Source of the DNA: Candidatus Hydrogenedentota bacterium
Lineage (GTDB): Bacteria; Hydrogenedentota; Hydrogenedentia; Hydrogenedentales; SLHB01
Direction: 5' to 3'
NCBI GenBank assembly: GCA_963674865.2
Contig: CAXXYE010000008.1
Coordinates: forward strand, 1 to 64,000
DNA length: 64,000 nt
The notes under the pieces were generated by a model. That model had not been told where the DNA came from. It saw nothing but the letters and a program-made list of their open reading frames with translations, and did no database searches. The position numbers and the translations under genes were made by a program. This document shows positions 41,041 through 50,783 of this stretch, one piece after another; position 1 is the first letter of the stretch, and the number at the start of each line of letters is the position of its first letter.

Positions 41041-42387
41041 TCACGGAAGGTATGCCCCACGTTGGCGTAGGCGTTTGCGCAAGGCATCGGTGTCGACGGC
41101 GTGGATGTCCCCGCCGAGGGCTGCGCCTGCTTGCTGCGCGGCGACGCCCGCCGCCTCGCCCATGGCAAGGCAGGTAGGCATCACACGGATGCTGCCCTGG
41201 ACGGGCCGATCGCACGAGATACACCGCCCGGCCACCAGGACATTACGCAGGCCCTTAGGCGTCAGGCAGCGGTAGGGAATACCGTGCGACTCCCCCGGGC
41301 CGTAGCGCTCATAGCGGTTGGCCACGTGGTCGTGCCCGGCGCGGGTGGACTCGATCTCGCTCTTGGCGGTATGGATGTCAATCCAGTAGGCGTTGCGGCA
41401 GATCTCATCGGCGAAGCTCTTCCGGGCGAGGTAGTCCTCGACGGTTAGGACATAGGCGCCGGTGATGCGTCGGGATTCCCGGACGCCAAGCAGCGGGCCC
41501 GTGCTCACCAGGTAGGCGTTGCCAAAGGCCTGGGGAACGAATTCCGCGAGCCCATCCCGCATGGCTTTGGCTATCTTCCGCCCTTGCATCATGGCCTTGG
41601 AGACGTTCTCCGGGTCGGTGTTATCGACATCCCAGATATGGCCGGCGTTGAAGCCGAGCGTCCCGGGCCCGATGTGGGCGTGGCAAAGGAAAGTGTCGCG
41701 GATTTCCGGGAACCTACCGGAGGCGAGTATCTGGTGGATGGGCGAGTTCTTGGAGCCGCCGTACAACGTCGGCCGGTTGGCGTAGCCGTATTCGTCCACA
41801 TTGCACAGGATGAAGCAGTGGGTGGAGGGCTGGACCTCGCCGGAGCCGGCTTCGCCCTGCTCGTACGCCGCGCCGGCCCATGCGGCGAGGTCGGCGTCGC
41901 CGGTGGCGTCGATGTAGACTCTGGCCCGGTGGGCCGTGAGGCCGGCCTTGTTGCTGGTGATGACGGCGTCCACTGCACCGTTTCCGTCCGTCTCGACGGC
42001 GGCGAGGCGGGTGTTGAACAGAACGGACACGCCGGCTTCCGTGACGAGGTCGTCGTAGACGCGCTTCAGGTGCTCGGGATCGATGGCGATCCAGTCGACG
42101 GCGTCGTCCGGCACGTGGGGGACGCCCTCCTTTGCGGCGCGGAAGACCTTCTCCGCCAAGCCGCGATAGATCACCTTCTCCCCGTCGGAGAAGGGGCACC
42201 ACGCGGGAACCAGCCCGGAGGTACCCATTCCGCCGAGCGCGCCCGTGGCCTCGATCAGAAGCGTCTTGGCGCCCTCCTGTGCCGCCGCGGCCGCCGCTGT
42301 GCAGCCTGCCGGCCCGCCGCCCGTGACAAGGACGTCCCATGAATCATCCAGCGGAATTGCCCGTTCACTGAGTGTGTACGTCGCCAT
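41041..42387 (-). CDS. FAD-dependent oxidoreductase
   Basis: DVLVTGGGPAG, LGGMGT, IDATGDAD, GVRESRR, IPYRCL, LVAGRCIS. Confidence 0.9.
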   Translation of the reverse strand: MATYTLSERAIPLDDSWDVLVTGGGPAGCTAAAAAAQEGAKTLLIEATGALGGMGTSGLVPAWCPFSDGEKVIYRGLAEKVFRAAKEGVPHVPDDAVDWIAIDPEHLKRVYDDLVTEAGVSVLFNTRLAAVETDGNGAVDAVITSNKAGLTAHRARVYIDATGDADLAAWAGAAYEQGEAGSGEVQPSTHCFILCNVDEYGYANRPTLYGGSKNSPIHQILASGRFPEIRDTFLCHAHIGPGTLGFNAGHIWDVDNTDPENVSKAMMQGRKIAKAMRDGLAEFVPQAFGNAYLVSTGPLLGVRESRRITGAYVLTVEDYLARKSFADEICRNAYWIDIHTAKSEIESTRAGHDHVANRYERYGPGESHGIPYRCLTPKGLRNVLVAGRCISCDRPVQGSIRVMPTCLAMGEAAGVAAQQAGAALGGDIHAVDTDALRKRLRQRGAYLP

Positions 42388-42542
42388 GATAGGAATATCT
42401 CCTTGGAGGTTTCTTCCGGGCCGCGGGCATCAGGTTACCGGGCGCAATGGCGGATGGCAAGGGCCGGCCTACCGGCAGGCGGTGTAGCGGAGAAACACAG
42501 GGCCACAGGCGTCCTATCAGCGCAGGGGCGCCGGCCCCCTGA

Positions 42543-44141
42543 CTACACGGCCGCGCCGCCCACGGTGTCCGTCGGGCCAGTGAAGCCGGGGCCGCCCGCC
42601 GCGACGTAGCCATGGCTGGCTCCGGACACGTCCGGACTGACCCAGAACGCGTAGAGGCGCCCGTCACGCAGGTGAAACCGAAAGCGTACGGGCGTACCGG
42701 TGAACGCCGACAGGTTGCCTCCGTGCCGCCATGACACCTGGGCTCGCGTGGCGTCCGCCTGAATAGGCAGACAATCATCCCGGCCGTAGCCGGGGATGGG
42801 CTCACGCTGCGTATCCAGAAGTTCGACGCGCAGTTCACCTCGGGGCGCGTCTAGGTTGACGAACAGATGCTTCCCGCGGAAGAGAACGGGCCGCGTCGTC
42901 AGTGGCCGCTCTTGGCCGAACGAATCCATCGAGGCGAATCCATCGCGCCGGAGGGTGGCCAGGCCAGTGCAGCATTCACCGGAGGTCTTCGAATCGGAGC
43001 CGGGGATGCCCGCCCGGCCGCTCACGTAGAAGTACAAGTGATCTTCCAGCACGAGGCAGCACCCGCCGGCGGACTGCACGTTCCCGTAATTCCAGTCGCC
43101 CTGCTGTTCAGAGACGGGCACAAACGGTTTCCGGAAAGCCCTGTCCCAGTGGAAGCCGTCGCGGCTGAAGCCGAGATAGAGATCGTTCGGTTTCGGCCTG
43201 TCGTGGCCCCCGCCGCCGTGCCAGATGGTGAACATCCCGAGCATCAGGCTTTCGTAGGCGACGCCGTCCAAGTTGTAGAGCTCCGGATACATCTCCTGCT
43301 CTTCCCGCCAGTGATCGAGCCTGTCCGCGCCCACCCATAGCGGGGGCTCGCGATGCTCCCATTTCGCGCCCTCGATTACGGCGCGGTGTTCGCGGTAGCG
43401 GCGGCGCCGGCCGTAGAAGTTGTCCTTGATGCTGTATACCCATACCTTGCGAAAGGGATTGTAGAAGACGGTGCTCCGATCGCCCATCTGTCCGCTCTTC
43501 GCCGCCATGTCGCCCCAGTGGACTCCGTCATGCGAGAAGAAGATCCCCAAGCCGAGGTCTTCTCCACTTTCTCCGTGTGACGCAAACATCTTGTATCGCC
43601 TGGCCGGGTCCGTCTCGAATAAGTCGAGCCAGACGGTGTTGGAATCCCTCGGCAGCGTATTGACTATGTTGGTGCCGGGGACTACGTCAAGTTCCGGGCG
43701 CTCCCAGTGGATCCCGCCGTCCGAGGTGGCGTAGCAGGTCGCCCGGCCGGTTCCGCACCGATACCACATCTTGAACAGCTCGTCCGCCGGGTCGTACCAG
43801 ACGCCGTCGCTGAACACCATGGCCGTAGGCATAGGATAGCCTTTGGATTCCCCCTCAAGTTCCCATGGGCGTTCGGGACGGAGGAGAGGGCTCTCCTCGT
43901 GGTATTGCGCCTGGTGGAATGTCCGTCTGAGTTCGCTTGGATCGACCAGGAAGTCGTCGACAAACAACTGCCGGCCCACGTGGATAGGAATGGGCTCGGG
44001 GATGTTGTGCAGGTAAGCTACGGGCATGGGCTCGCGCGTCGGCACGTCATTATAGCGAGGCGGCCATTGTGCGGGCAGTCGAATCCCGTTGTATAGCTGC
44101 CCATTCTCTCCGGATTCGCCAGTCGACTCGAACGAAGCCAT
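42543..44141 (-). CDS. Beta-propeller glycoside hydrolase-like protein (GH32/43-related)
   Basis: RQLFVDD, Asp-box-like S.DG.HW repeats, LRRDGF. Confidence 0.75.
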   Translation of the reverse strand: MASFESTGESGENGQLYNGIRLPAQWPPRYNDVPTREPMPVAYLHNIPEPIPIHVGRQLFVDDFLVDPSELRRTFHQAQYHEESPLLRPERPWELEGESKGYPMPTAMVFSDGVWYDPADELFKMWYRCGTGRATCYATSDGGIHWERPELDVVPGTNIVNTLPRDSNTVWLDLFETDPARRYKMFASHGESGEDLGLGIFFSHDGVHWGDMAAKSGQMGDRSTVFYNPFRKVWVYSIKDNFYGRRRRYREHRAVIEGAKWEHREPPLWVGADRLDHWREEQEMYPELYNLDGVAYESLMLGMFTIWHGGGGHDRPKPNDLYLGFSRDGFHWDRAFRKPFVPVSEQQGDWNYGNVQSAGGCCLVLEDHLYFYVSGRAGIPGSDSKTSGECCTGLATLRRDGFASMDSFGQERPLTTRPVLFRGKHLFVNLDAPRGELRVELLDTQREPIPGYGRDDCLPIQADATRAQVSWRHGGNLSAFTGTPVRFRFHLRDGRLYAFWVSPDVSGASHGYVAAGGPGFTGPTDTVGGAAV

Positions 44142-44245
44142 CTGTCTGCCTCCTCTTACCACAGCGTCCGTGCGCTCTCGGACTCACTATGCGACACTTC
44201 ACGATAGCACATGAAGCTTCGGAACTGGTGACGGGCAGGCAGTTT

Positions 44246-45547
44246 TCAGGGGCAAATAGTCTTCCCCACTCCATATAGGCGAACCGCGTTGTTGTGCAGA
44301 ATATCGCACGTGATGAGCAGCACATCACTTTTTGTCAGACCGTAGATTTCCGCATGTTCTTGAAGTGTCTTGAAGATTATCGCCCGGGCCATTACCGCGC
44401 TGCCAACGGCCATTTCGACGCTGGTTGCGTCATGGCCGCAGGTGAGCTTGTGTAATGGCACGGCCCCGAGCCACTCTCGCAAGCCATCGCGTAGCGATTC
44501 CGGATTCAACACCGTTAGCCAGCAGGGGTCCAGGTAGACATTCGGCACGTGGCGCGCGAGTTCCGCCGACTCCGCGAAGAATGGCCAGCAATGCAGCAGC
44601 ACAAGCTTCATGTTCGGGTAGCGCCGGGCGAGGCCCCTTAGCGGCGTCGGATTCGATGTCGCCGGATTCGCTGCACCGACATGGCATTGGTGTACCCACC
44701 CGCGTTTGGCTGTCTCGTCAAGACATCGGTTCATCACCCAATTCTCGAACGCTTGCGACTGTGCCGGATCCAGATCCCCGCGCCACTGCACGTCATCGTC
44801 TGCTACGTCAGGAAAATGCATGACGCGCATGTATCCTTGATATTGCTTTGACCCGACCGCCCCATTGGCCTCGGCGGCCGCAAACAGTGCGGCAATGAAG
44901 GCTCGCCAGCTTTCGGCGTCAACGGGGTCAATGCCCGTCAGTTGCGACAGTCGCTCGCGGCTCTCGTTCCCCCTAGTCCAGAACCGGAGCAACGGATCCA
45001 CACGCATGACGGGGGTCATGAACCGCTTTTCCTGTGACTCCGCCTTCTTGTTGCCGTAGGAGTAGAAAAACTCAGGATTTACGGGGCGAATGCATTCTGT
45101 TAGGTGGTTCGCGCCCCGCGCTTCGTCGTACCAATCGAAGATCCTTGCGTAGTTGTGCGCCACCTTGCGATCAAGGACCTGCCAAGAAGTCGGGGTGCAG
45201 TCTTCCAGGGAGACGTCATAGAGACGGAGCAGGCCGGTTCTCAGCGTCTGGTACGCCCCCGTCAGGCGATGCCTGCGCAGCGCGGGGCGCAAGGCGGTGA
45301 AAAATGCCTCGGGCTCTTTCTTGGCCCATGTCCAAGCGTCGCTGAAGCCGGCTTTAGCGGCGGCCCCTTCCCAGTTCCATCCGCCGTCCCTAAGGAAAGT
45401 CCCGAAATAGGGGTCGAGGAGGAGATCTGCGAGTCCGGCGGGCCTCTCGGGCACAGCGCCGCAGCGCGCATCCGCACCTCCCATTAGTGCGTTTATCGAA
45501 CCCCAGTGCTCGTGACTACAAAAGCTCGGAACATCATCAACTACCAT
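44246..45547 (-). CDS. Amidohydrolase family protein
   Basis: SHEH, HQCHVG, LLHCWP, YLDPCW, GHD. Confidence 0.8.
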   Translation of the reverse strand: MVVDDVPSFCSHEHWGSINALMGGADARCGAVPERPAGLADLLLDPYFGTFLRDGGWNWEGAAAKAGFSDAWTWAKKEPEAFFTALRPALRRHRLTGAYQTLRTGLLRLYDVSLEDCTPTSWQVLDRKVAHNYARIFDWYDEARGANHLTECIRPVNPEFFYSYGNKKAESQEKRFMTPVMRVDPLLRFWTRGNESRERLSQLTGIDPVDAESWRAFIAALFAAAEANGAVGSKQYQGYMRVMHFPDVADDDVQWRGDLDPAQSQAFENWVMNRCLDETAKRGWVHQCHVGAANPATSNPTPLRGLARRYPNMKLVLLHCWPFFAESAELARHVPNVYLDPCWLTVLNPESLRDGLREWLGAVPLHKLTCGHDATSVEMAVGSAVMARAIIFKTLQEHAEIYGLTKSDVLLITCDILHNNAVRLYGVGKTICP

Positions 45548-45785
45548 TCGGCCTCCCTCTCCTTGGTTCCCGACAGCGGAGCACTCCAAACGCTGGATTG
45601 TGGCAGAAGGTAGGGCGAGGCATCAAAGGGCCGAAGGTGCGCTTCTGCGAAGAAACTAGCGAAGCGCGCGGTAGGAGGCTGACAGGCTATTCGCCACGCC
45701 CGGCCGGCCTTCCCAAGCGATACGGCTGCATGCTACCTTAAACTGTCAAGGATTGAACGGTGTTGTGAATGCGGGCCGCCGGAAC

Positions 45786-46193
45786 ATGACCTTCGCTTTC
45801 ATTGAACACACGGCTGACATGCGCATGGAGTGCCATGCGGCCTCGCTGGAGGGACTTCTCACTACGGCCGCCGATGGCCTGTATGCGCTGGCTTTGCGCC
45901 GCGTGAGGCATGAGACTTCCGTCGAACGGGCCGTGACGCTTGATGCCGCCGACACCGAGGATCTGCTCGTCCGTTGGCTGCAGGAACTCATCTACCTCAT
46001 GGAGTCCGAGCATATTGTGGCCGCGCAGCGGGAGTTCTCTGAGGTGTCCCAGGGACGACTGCGGGCGACTCTCAGGGGATACGTGTGTGCCGCCGAGGAA
46101 CGGGCGGTTGAGGTCAAGAGCGCAACGTATCACGGGCTTGAGGTCCTTGAGAGGCCCGGCGATTACGCGGCGCGCGTGACTTTCGACTTGTAA
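45786..46193 (+). CDS. Archease
   Basis: EHTAD, LLVRWLQEL, EVKSATYH, C-terminal FDL. Confidence 0.93.
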   Translation: MTFAFIEHTADMRMECHAASLEGLLTTAADGLYALALRRVRHETSVERAVTLDAADTEDLLVRWLQELIYLMESEHIVAAQREFSEVSQGRLRATLRGYVCAAEERAVEVKSATYHGLEVLERPGDYAARVTFDL

Positions 46194-46209
46194 TCATCGA
46201 GGGGCGGCA

Positions 46210-47658
46210 ATGACGGAATTACGAATCGAACAGATTGACGAGACGACGTGGGAAATCCCCAAGACGGGCGCCATGCGCGTCCCCGGCCGGATCATTGCCG
46301 ACACGGAGTTGCTGGCGAGTATCCGGCGGGATAAAGCGGCCGAACAGGTTGCCAACGTAGCTTGTCTGCCCGGGATCGTCGGCTACTCCTGGGCGATGCC
46401 GGACGCCCACTGGGGCTACGGATTTCCTATTGGCGGCGTGGCGGCGACGGATCCCGACCAGGGCGGCGTCATCTCGCCCGGCGGGGTCGGATACGACATC
46501 AACTGCGGCTGCCGACTGATGACGACGCACCTACGTTGGGCGGATGTCCAACCTCGGCTCCGCGAGGTCGTCGACGGATTGTACCGGGACGTCCCCTGCG
46601 GCGTGGGCTCTCATGGTGCCATCAAGACGTTGAACGACAAGGACATGCGGCGCGTTCTCAAGAGAGGCGCCAAGTGGGCCGTGGAGCAAGGATACGGTAC
46701 CTATGCCGATCTGGACACAACGGAGGAGCAGGGCGCCTTATCCGGCGCGGATTGCGACGCTGTGTCCGCGCGCGCGCTGAGTCGTGGCCAGGATCAGCTC
46801 GGTACGCTGGGGTCGGGGAATCACTTCCTTGAGGTCGGTGTAGTCGAGCACGTCCTCGACCCGGCGGCGGCGGACGCCTTCGGCCTCGCCGAAGGGGCCG
46901 TGACGCTCATGGTGCACAGCGGTAGCCGCGGGCTGGGCTATCAAGTCTGCGACGACTACCTGCACACGATGCTCAAGGCTGCCGCGGATTACGGCATCCG
47001 GCTGCCCGACCGCCAGCTCTGCTGCGCGCCGGTGATGTCTCCCGAGGGCCGACGCTATCTCGCTGCCATGGCGGCCGCGGCGAATTACGCCTGGGCCAAC
47101 CGCCAGGTGATCATGGAACTGGCGCGCCGCTCCCTGTGTCACGCACTCGACATCGGCCCGCGCGAACTGGGAGGGCGGCTCGTGTACGACGTCTGCCATA
47201 ACATCGCCAAACTCGAAGTCCACGAGGTGGACGGGCAACGTCGCCGGCTTTGTGTCCATCGGAAGGGGGCGACACGCGCGTTCCCCGGGAGCCGCAAGGA
47301 GGTGCCTGCAGTGTATCGGAGGGTCGGCCAACCGGTGCTGGTGCCGGGCGATATGGGCACAGGGTCGTGGGTCTGCGCCGGTACCGAGCACGCTCTGGCC
47401 ACGACCTTCGGTAGCGCATGCCATGGCGCGGGCCGAGTGCTGAGCCGGAAGGCCGCGAGAAAGGCGGAACGGGCCGGGCCGCTGCTCGAGCGTCTCGATA
47501 AGGCGGGCATTGTGGTGATCGCCAGGAGCAAGGGCACGATTGTTGAAGAAGCGCCCGGCGCGTACAAGGATATCGACCGCGTGGCCGCCGTACTCGATTC
47601 GTCTGGGCTCGGACGGCGAGTCGCCCGCATTCGCCCCGTGGGCGTGGTTAAGGGCTGA
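46210..47658 (+). CDS. rtcB: RtcB RNA 3'-phosphate ligase
   Basis: MPDAHWGYGFPIGGV, GVGYDINCG, GSGNHFLE, HSGSRG, HNIAK, HRKGAT, HGAGR, EEAPGAYKD. Confidence 0.97.
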   Translation: MTELRIEQIDETTWEIPKTGAMRVPGRIIADTELLASIRRDKAAEQVANVACLPGIVGYSWAMPDAHWGYGFPIGGVAATDPDQGGVISPGGVGYDINCGCRLMTTHLRWADVQPRLREVVDGLYRDVPCGVGSHGAIKTLNDKDMRRVLKRGAKWAVEQGYGTYADLDTTEEQGALSGADCDAVSARALSRGQDQLGTLGSGNHFLEVGVVEHVLDPAAADAFGLAEGAVTLMVHSGSRGLGYQVCDDYLHTMLKAAADYGIRLPDRQLCCAPVMSPEGRRYLAAMAAAANYAWANRQVIMELARRSLCHALDIGPRELGGRLVYDVCHNIAKLEVHEVDGQRRRLCVHRKGATRAFPGSRKEVPAVYRRVGQPVLVPGDMGTGSWVCAGTEHALATTFGSACHGAGRVLSRKAARKAERAGPLLERLDKAGIVVIARSKGTIVEEAPGAYKDIDRVAAVLDSSGLGRRVARIRPVGVVKG

Positions 47659-47938
47659 GCCAACTCCCGGGCTTCCCGGCCCATCCGCGCCATTGTGCTT
47701 GTTGTCTTCCCGTTCCCGTTCTGCTAGCGTGTTCCGGATGCCGCACGCAGCTCATGGGCTATTGAAAGACACAATGCAGGCCACCCTCCATTGATGCGGC
47801 CGCGGGGACGAGTCCTCCGAGCCACAGGTGCGGATGAGAAGCTGCCATCGTCATGGGGCCAAGCTTCTTCAGGCGTTGTCGAATCCAGAAGCAGTGGGTG
47901 ATCGGCTCAAAGAGTACCTCGGTAAGGGGAGTGAAGTT

Positions 47939-49138
47939 GTGCCTTTGGAGAAAGCCTGCCAAGACGGCCGTCATGATTCACTTCAAGACCTGATCCAGAG
48001 CCAGGCCTTTCCCGAGCCGATATACGTCATGCGGCCGACCATGCCGGATCTTGAGCTCTACTGCAAGAAGTTGGAGGGTGTATGGCAACGCAAATGGCTT
48101 ACTAATAAGGGCCCCCTCCACGACGAGTTGGAGAGCCGGCTGTGCAATTATCTTGGTGTCGAGCAACTGAGCCTCTTTTGCAATGGCACCCTCGCCCTTC
48201 TGCTGGCCCTTCAGGCGTTGGAGATTGATGGCGGCGAAGTCATTACCACGTCTTTCACCTTTCCGGCCACCGCACACGTGCTTCATTGGAATCGCACACA
48301 GCCAGTGTTCTGCGATATCCAGCCGGGCACGTTCAACCTGAATCCTGAGTGCGTTGAGGAGCTAATCACGCCTGCCACGCGCGCTATAGTCCCCGTTCAT
48401 GTCTTCGGTAACCCATGTGACGTCGAGGCGCTTCGGGACATCGCGGATAAACATGGCCTTCGCCTGATATACGATGCGGCGCATGCCTTTGGCGTGCGCC
48501 TGAAAGGTCGTTCACTGCTCCGGTGGGGGGACATGTCGGCGCTCAGCCTTCACGCCACCAAGCTGTTCTCCACGGCCGAGGGGGGCGCCGTGGTTGCCGG
48601 CACCGCCACCCTGAAGAAGCGAATCGATTTTCTTAAGGATTTCGGCATTGCCGATGAAGAGACCGTCATCGGCCCGGGCATCAACGGCAAGATGACCGAG
48701 CTTCAGGCGGCCTACGGCCTACTGGCACTCGAAAATGTTGGCCGGGAGATTGCCAATCGCCGCGCGTGCGCTCTGGCCTATCGCGAGAGACTGGCGAGCG
48801 TCCTCGGATTGACATTTCTTGACGACCTGCCGGGCGTTGAATCCAACTATTCCCATTTCCCCATCCTTGTGGACGCAGACGCGTACGGTATGGGCCGGGA
48901 TGATCTCCATGAGACGCTCAAGCGCTTCAATGTCCATACGAGGAAGTACTTTTACCCGCTTTGCAGCCGCTTCCCCTGCTACTCGGAACATCCGTCAGCG
49001 CATCCGCGCCGCCTGCCTGTGGCCGAGCGCGTGGCGGCGCAAGTTCTGTGTTTGCCCATCTACGGCTCCCTGGGAGTCGATGCAGTCGATGCCATCTGCA
49101 CGATACTGGAGGAAATAGGGCGTCGCAGTAGAGACTGA
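47939..49138 (+). CDS. DegT/DnrJ/EryC1/StrS sugar aminotransferase (VioA-like)
   Basis: WLTNKGP, NGTLAL, YDAAHAFG, SLHATK, GINGKM, RKYFYP; start uncertain (47828 to about 48030). Confidence 0.9.
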   Translation: MPLEKACQDGRHDSLQDLIQSQAFPEPIYVMRPTMPDLELYCKKLEGVWQRKWLTNKGPLHDELESRLCNYLGVEQLSLFCNGTLALLLALQALEIDGGEVITTSFTFPATAHVLHWNRTQPVFCDIQPGTFNLNPECVEELITPATRAIVPVHVFGNPCDVEALRDIADKHGLRLIYDAAHAFGVRLKGRSLLRWGDMSALSLHATKLFSTAEGGAVVAGTATLKKRIDFLKDFGIADEETVIGPGINGKMTELQAAYGLLALENVGREIANRRACALAYRERLASVLGLTFLDDLPGVESNYSHFPILVDADAYGMGRDDLHETLKRFNVHTRKYFYPLCSRFPCYSEHPSAHPRRLPVAERVAAQVLCLPIYGSLGVDAVDAICTILEEIGRRSRD

Positions 49139-49405
49139 ACGGAACCGGCGCGCGAGCACGGCAGATGCCTCCGATGAACTCCGACTCGTGACGGTTCAAC
49201 GCTCTGGGCCGAGTGCGGCCACGGACGATCTTACCCAGTGGCGGGACTTCTGTCGGCTCGCTGCGGCCCGGTGCCTTTCTTCATCGCTGAAGCCTGTCCT
49301 TTTGTTCACCTGGTTGTCTTGAAGCTCTCGTTTTGATAGCGTCTCCAGGCGCCTGTGAAAGGAAGAGCGACGAGCCATCTGGCAAGGGTGTGGTAGGGAG
49401 GTTTC

Positions 49406-50626
49406 ATGTTGAGCCGGTTACGCATAGGCAAACGCCCACTCCTCTTGATATCGATCTTGATGCTTCCAGCCATCGCCGTGGCCCAGGAGGAGCAGGAACT
49501 AACGGCCGAACAACAGGAGGCTATCGAGCAGATAGGCGCCCTCGGCTACAGCGGCGAGGCTTCTACAGACAGCACGAAGGCGGGTGTTACGAGACACAAT
49601 AGGGATGCTGTCTGTCCGGGTCCTCGCCTGTATTGCTCGGGGCATTCCCCGGCAGCATACCTTATTGATGTGGACGGCCGTGTGCTGCACAAGTGGGAAA
49701 TGAAGCCCTGGGACGTGGACGACAGCTTCGAGAGAGGTTACCCTCTCTACGGGGATTTCCTCAGGAATGTGCACCTGCTTGACGATGGCTCCCTTCTGGT
49801 GATCTTTGAGGCCGTCGGCCTCGCCAAGCTTGACAAGGATTCCCGGGTAGTGTGGCGTGTCCAGAACCGAGCGCATCATGATCTGGATATAGCCGAAAAC
49901 GGCGACATCTACGTGCTCCGGCATTACACGCGTGTCATTCCCAGGATTGACGAGACGAAGCTCATTATCGATGACCTCATTGCCGTGTTGGACTCGGAAG
50001 GCAGGGAAAAGGACGCCATTTCGGTGCTAGAGGCTCTGGAGAACTCGAAAGACTACAGTCACCTCTTGCGGGACTATCTGGCGCAGAGAGAGGTGAAGAG
50101 CGATCTCCTGCATCCCAACTCTGTCTCGATACTGGATGGCAAACATGAGCAGGAGATGCCCGCCCTGAAAAAGGGCAATATAATGGTATCGCTCGCCTAC
50201 CTGAATGCGGTTGTTGTGATCGATCCTGAGATTCGAGAAGTGGTCTGGGCCCACCAGGGTCCGTACAAGGTTCAGCATGATCCCAACGTATTGGCCAATG
50301 GGAATCTACTTGTTTTTGACAACCAGAGCGTATGGGGGCGCTCCAGCGTCACGGAGTTCACGCTCCCATCCATGGACGTCGTCTGGACGTTCACCGCTTC
50401 TCAAGAAATGCCTTTTCTCTCGAAAACGTGCGGAACATGCCAACGCTTGCCAAGCGGCAACACCTTGATAGCCGAAACCGAGACGGGGCGGGCTATAGAG
50501 GTGACACCGGACGGAGAGATCGTTTGGGAGTTCTACAATCCGCATCGGACCTCAGAGAATACGTTGGCCAGTGTCTTCATGATCACCTGGATGCCACGCG
50601 TGATCGAGGCCCTTCGGGCGCCATAG
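49406..50626 (+). CDS. Arylsulfotransferase (ASST) family protein, secreted
   Basis: Signal peptide; HHD, LHPNS, QHDP, LVFDN, QRLPSGNTLI. Confidence 0.8.
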   Translation: MLSRLRIGKRPLLLISILMLPAIAVAQEEQELTAEQQEAIEQIGALGYSGEASTDSTKAGVTRHNRDAVCPGPRLYCSGHSPAAYLIDVDGRVLHKWEMKPWDVDDSFERGYPLYGDFLRNVHLLDDGSLLVIFEAVGLAKLDKDSRVVWRVQNRAHHDLDIAENGDIYVLRHYTRVIPRIDETKLIIDDLIAVLDSEGREKDAISVLEALENSKDYSHLLRDYLAQREVKSDLLHPNSVSILDGKHEQEMPALKKGNIMVSLAYLNAVVVIDPEIREVVWAHQGPYKVQHDPNVLANGNLLVFDNQSVWGRSSVTEFTLPSMDVVWTFTASQEMPFLSKTCGTCQRLPSGNTLIAETETGRAIEVTPDGEIVWEFYNPHRTSENTLASVFMITWMPRVIEALRAP

Positions 50627-50783
50627 ACGCGCCTGCTTTCTCTGTCCGCACTTTCAGAGACTTGATCACGGATAACCCGCGGTCTAGACTCACTTCTCTG
50701 ACACAGAACCAGCGCCGGGTGACGTTGGCCCGCCCCAGTCGCCGGGGCGCTTACTCGTAGACTGGCGCTTCAGAAGGCCGGAT

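Noticed and set aside
42467..42480. Short near-palindrome GCCTACCGGCAGGC
   Set aside because: Single short imperfect copy in GC-rich DNA; could arise by chance
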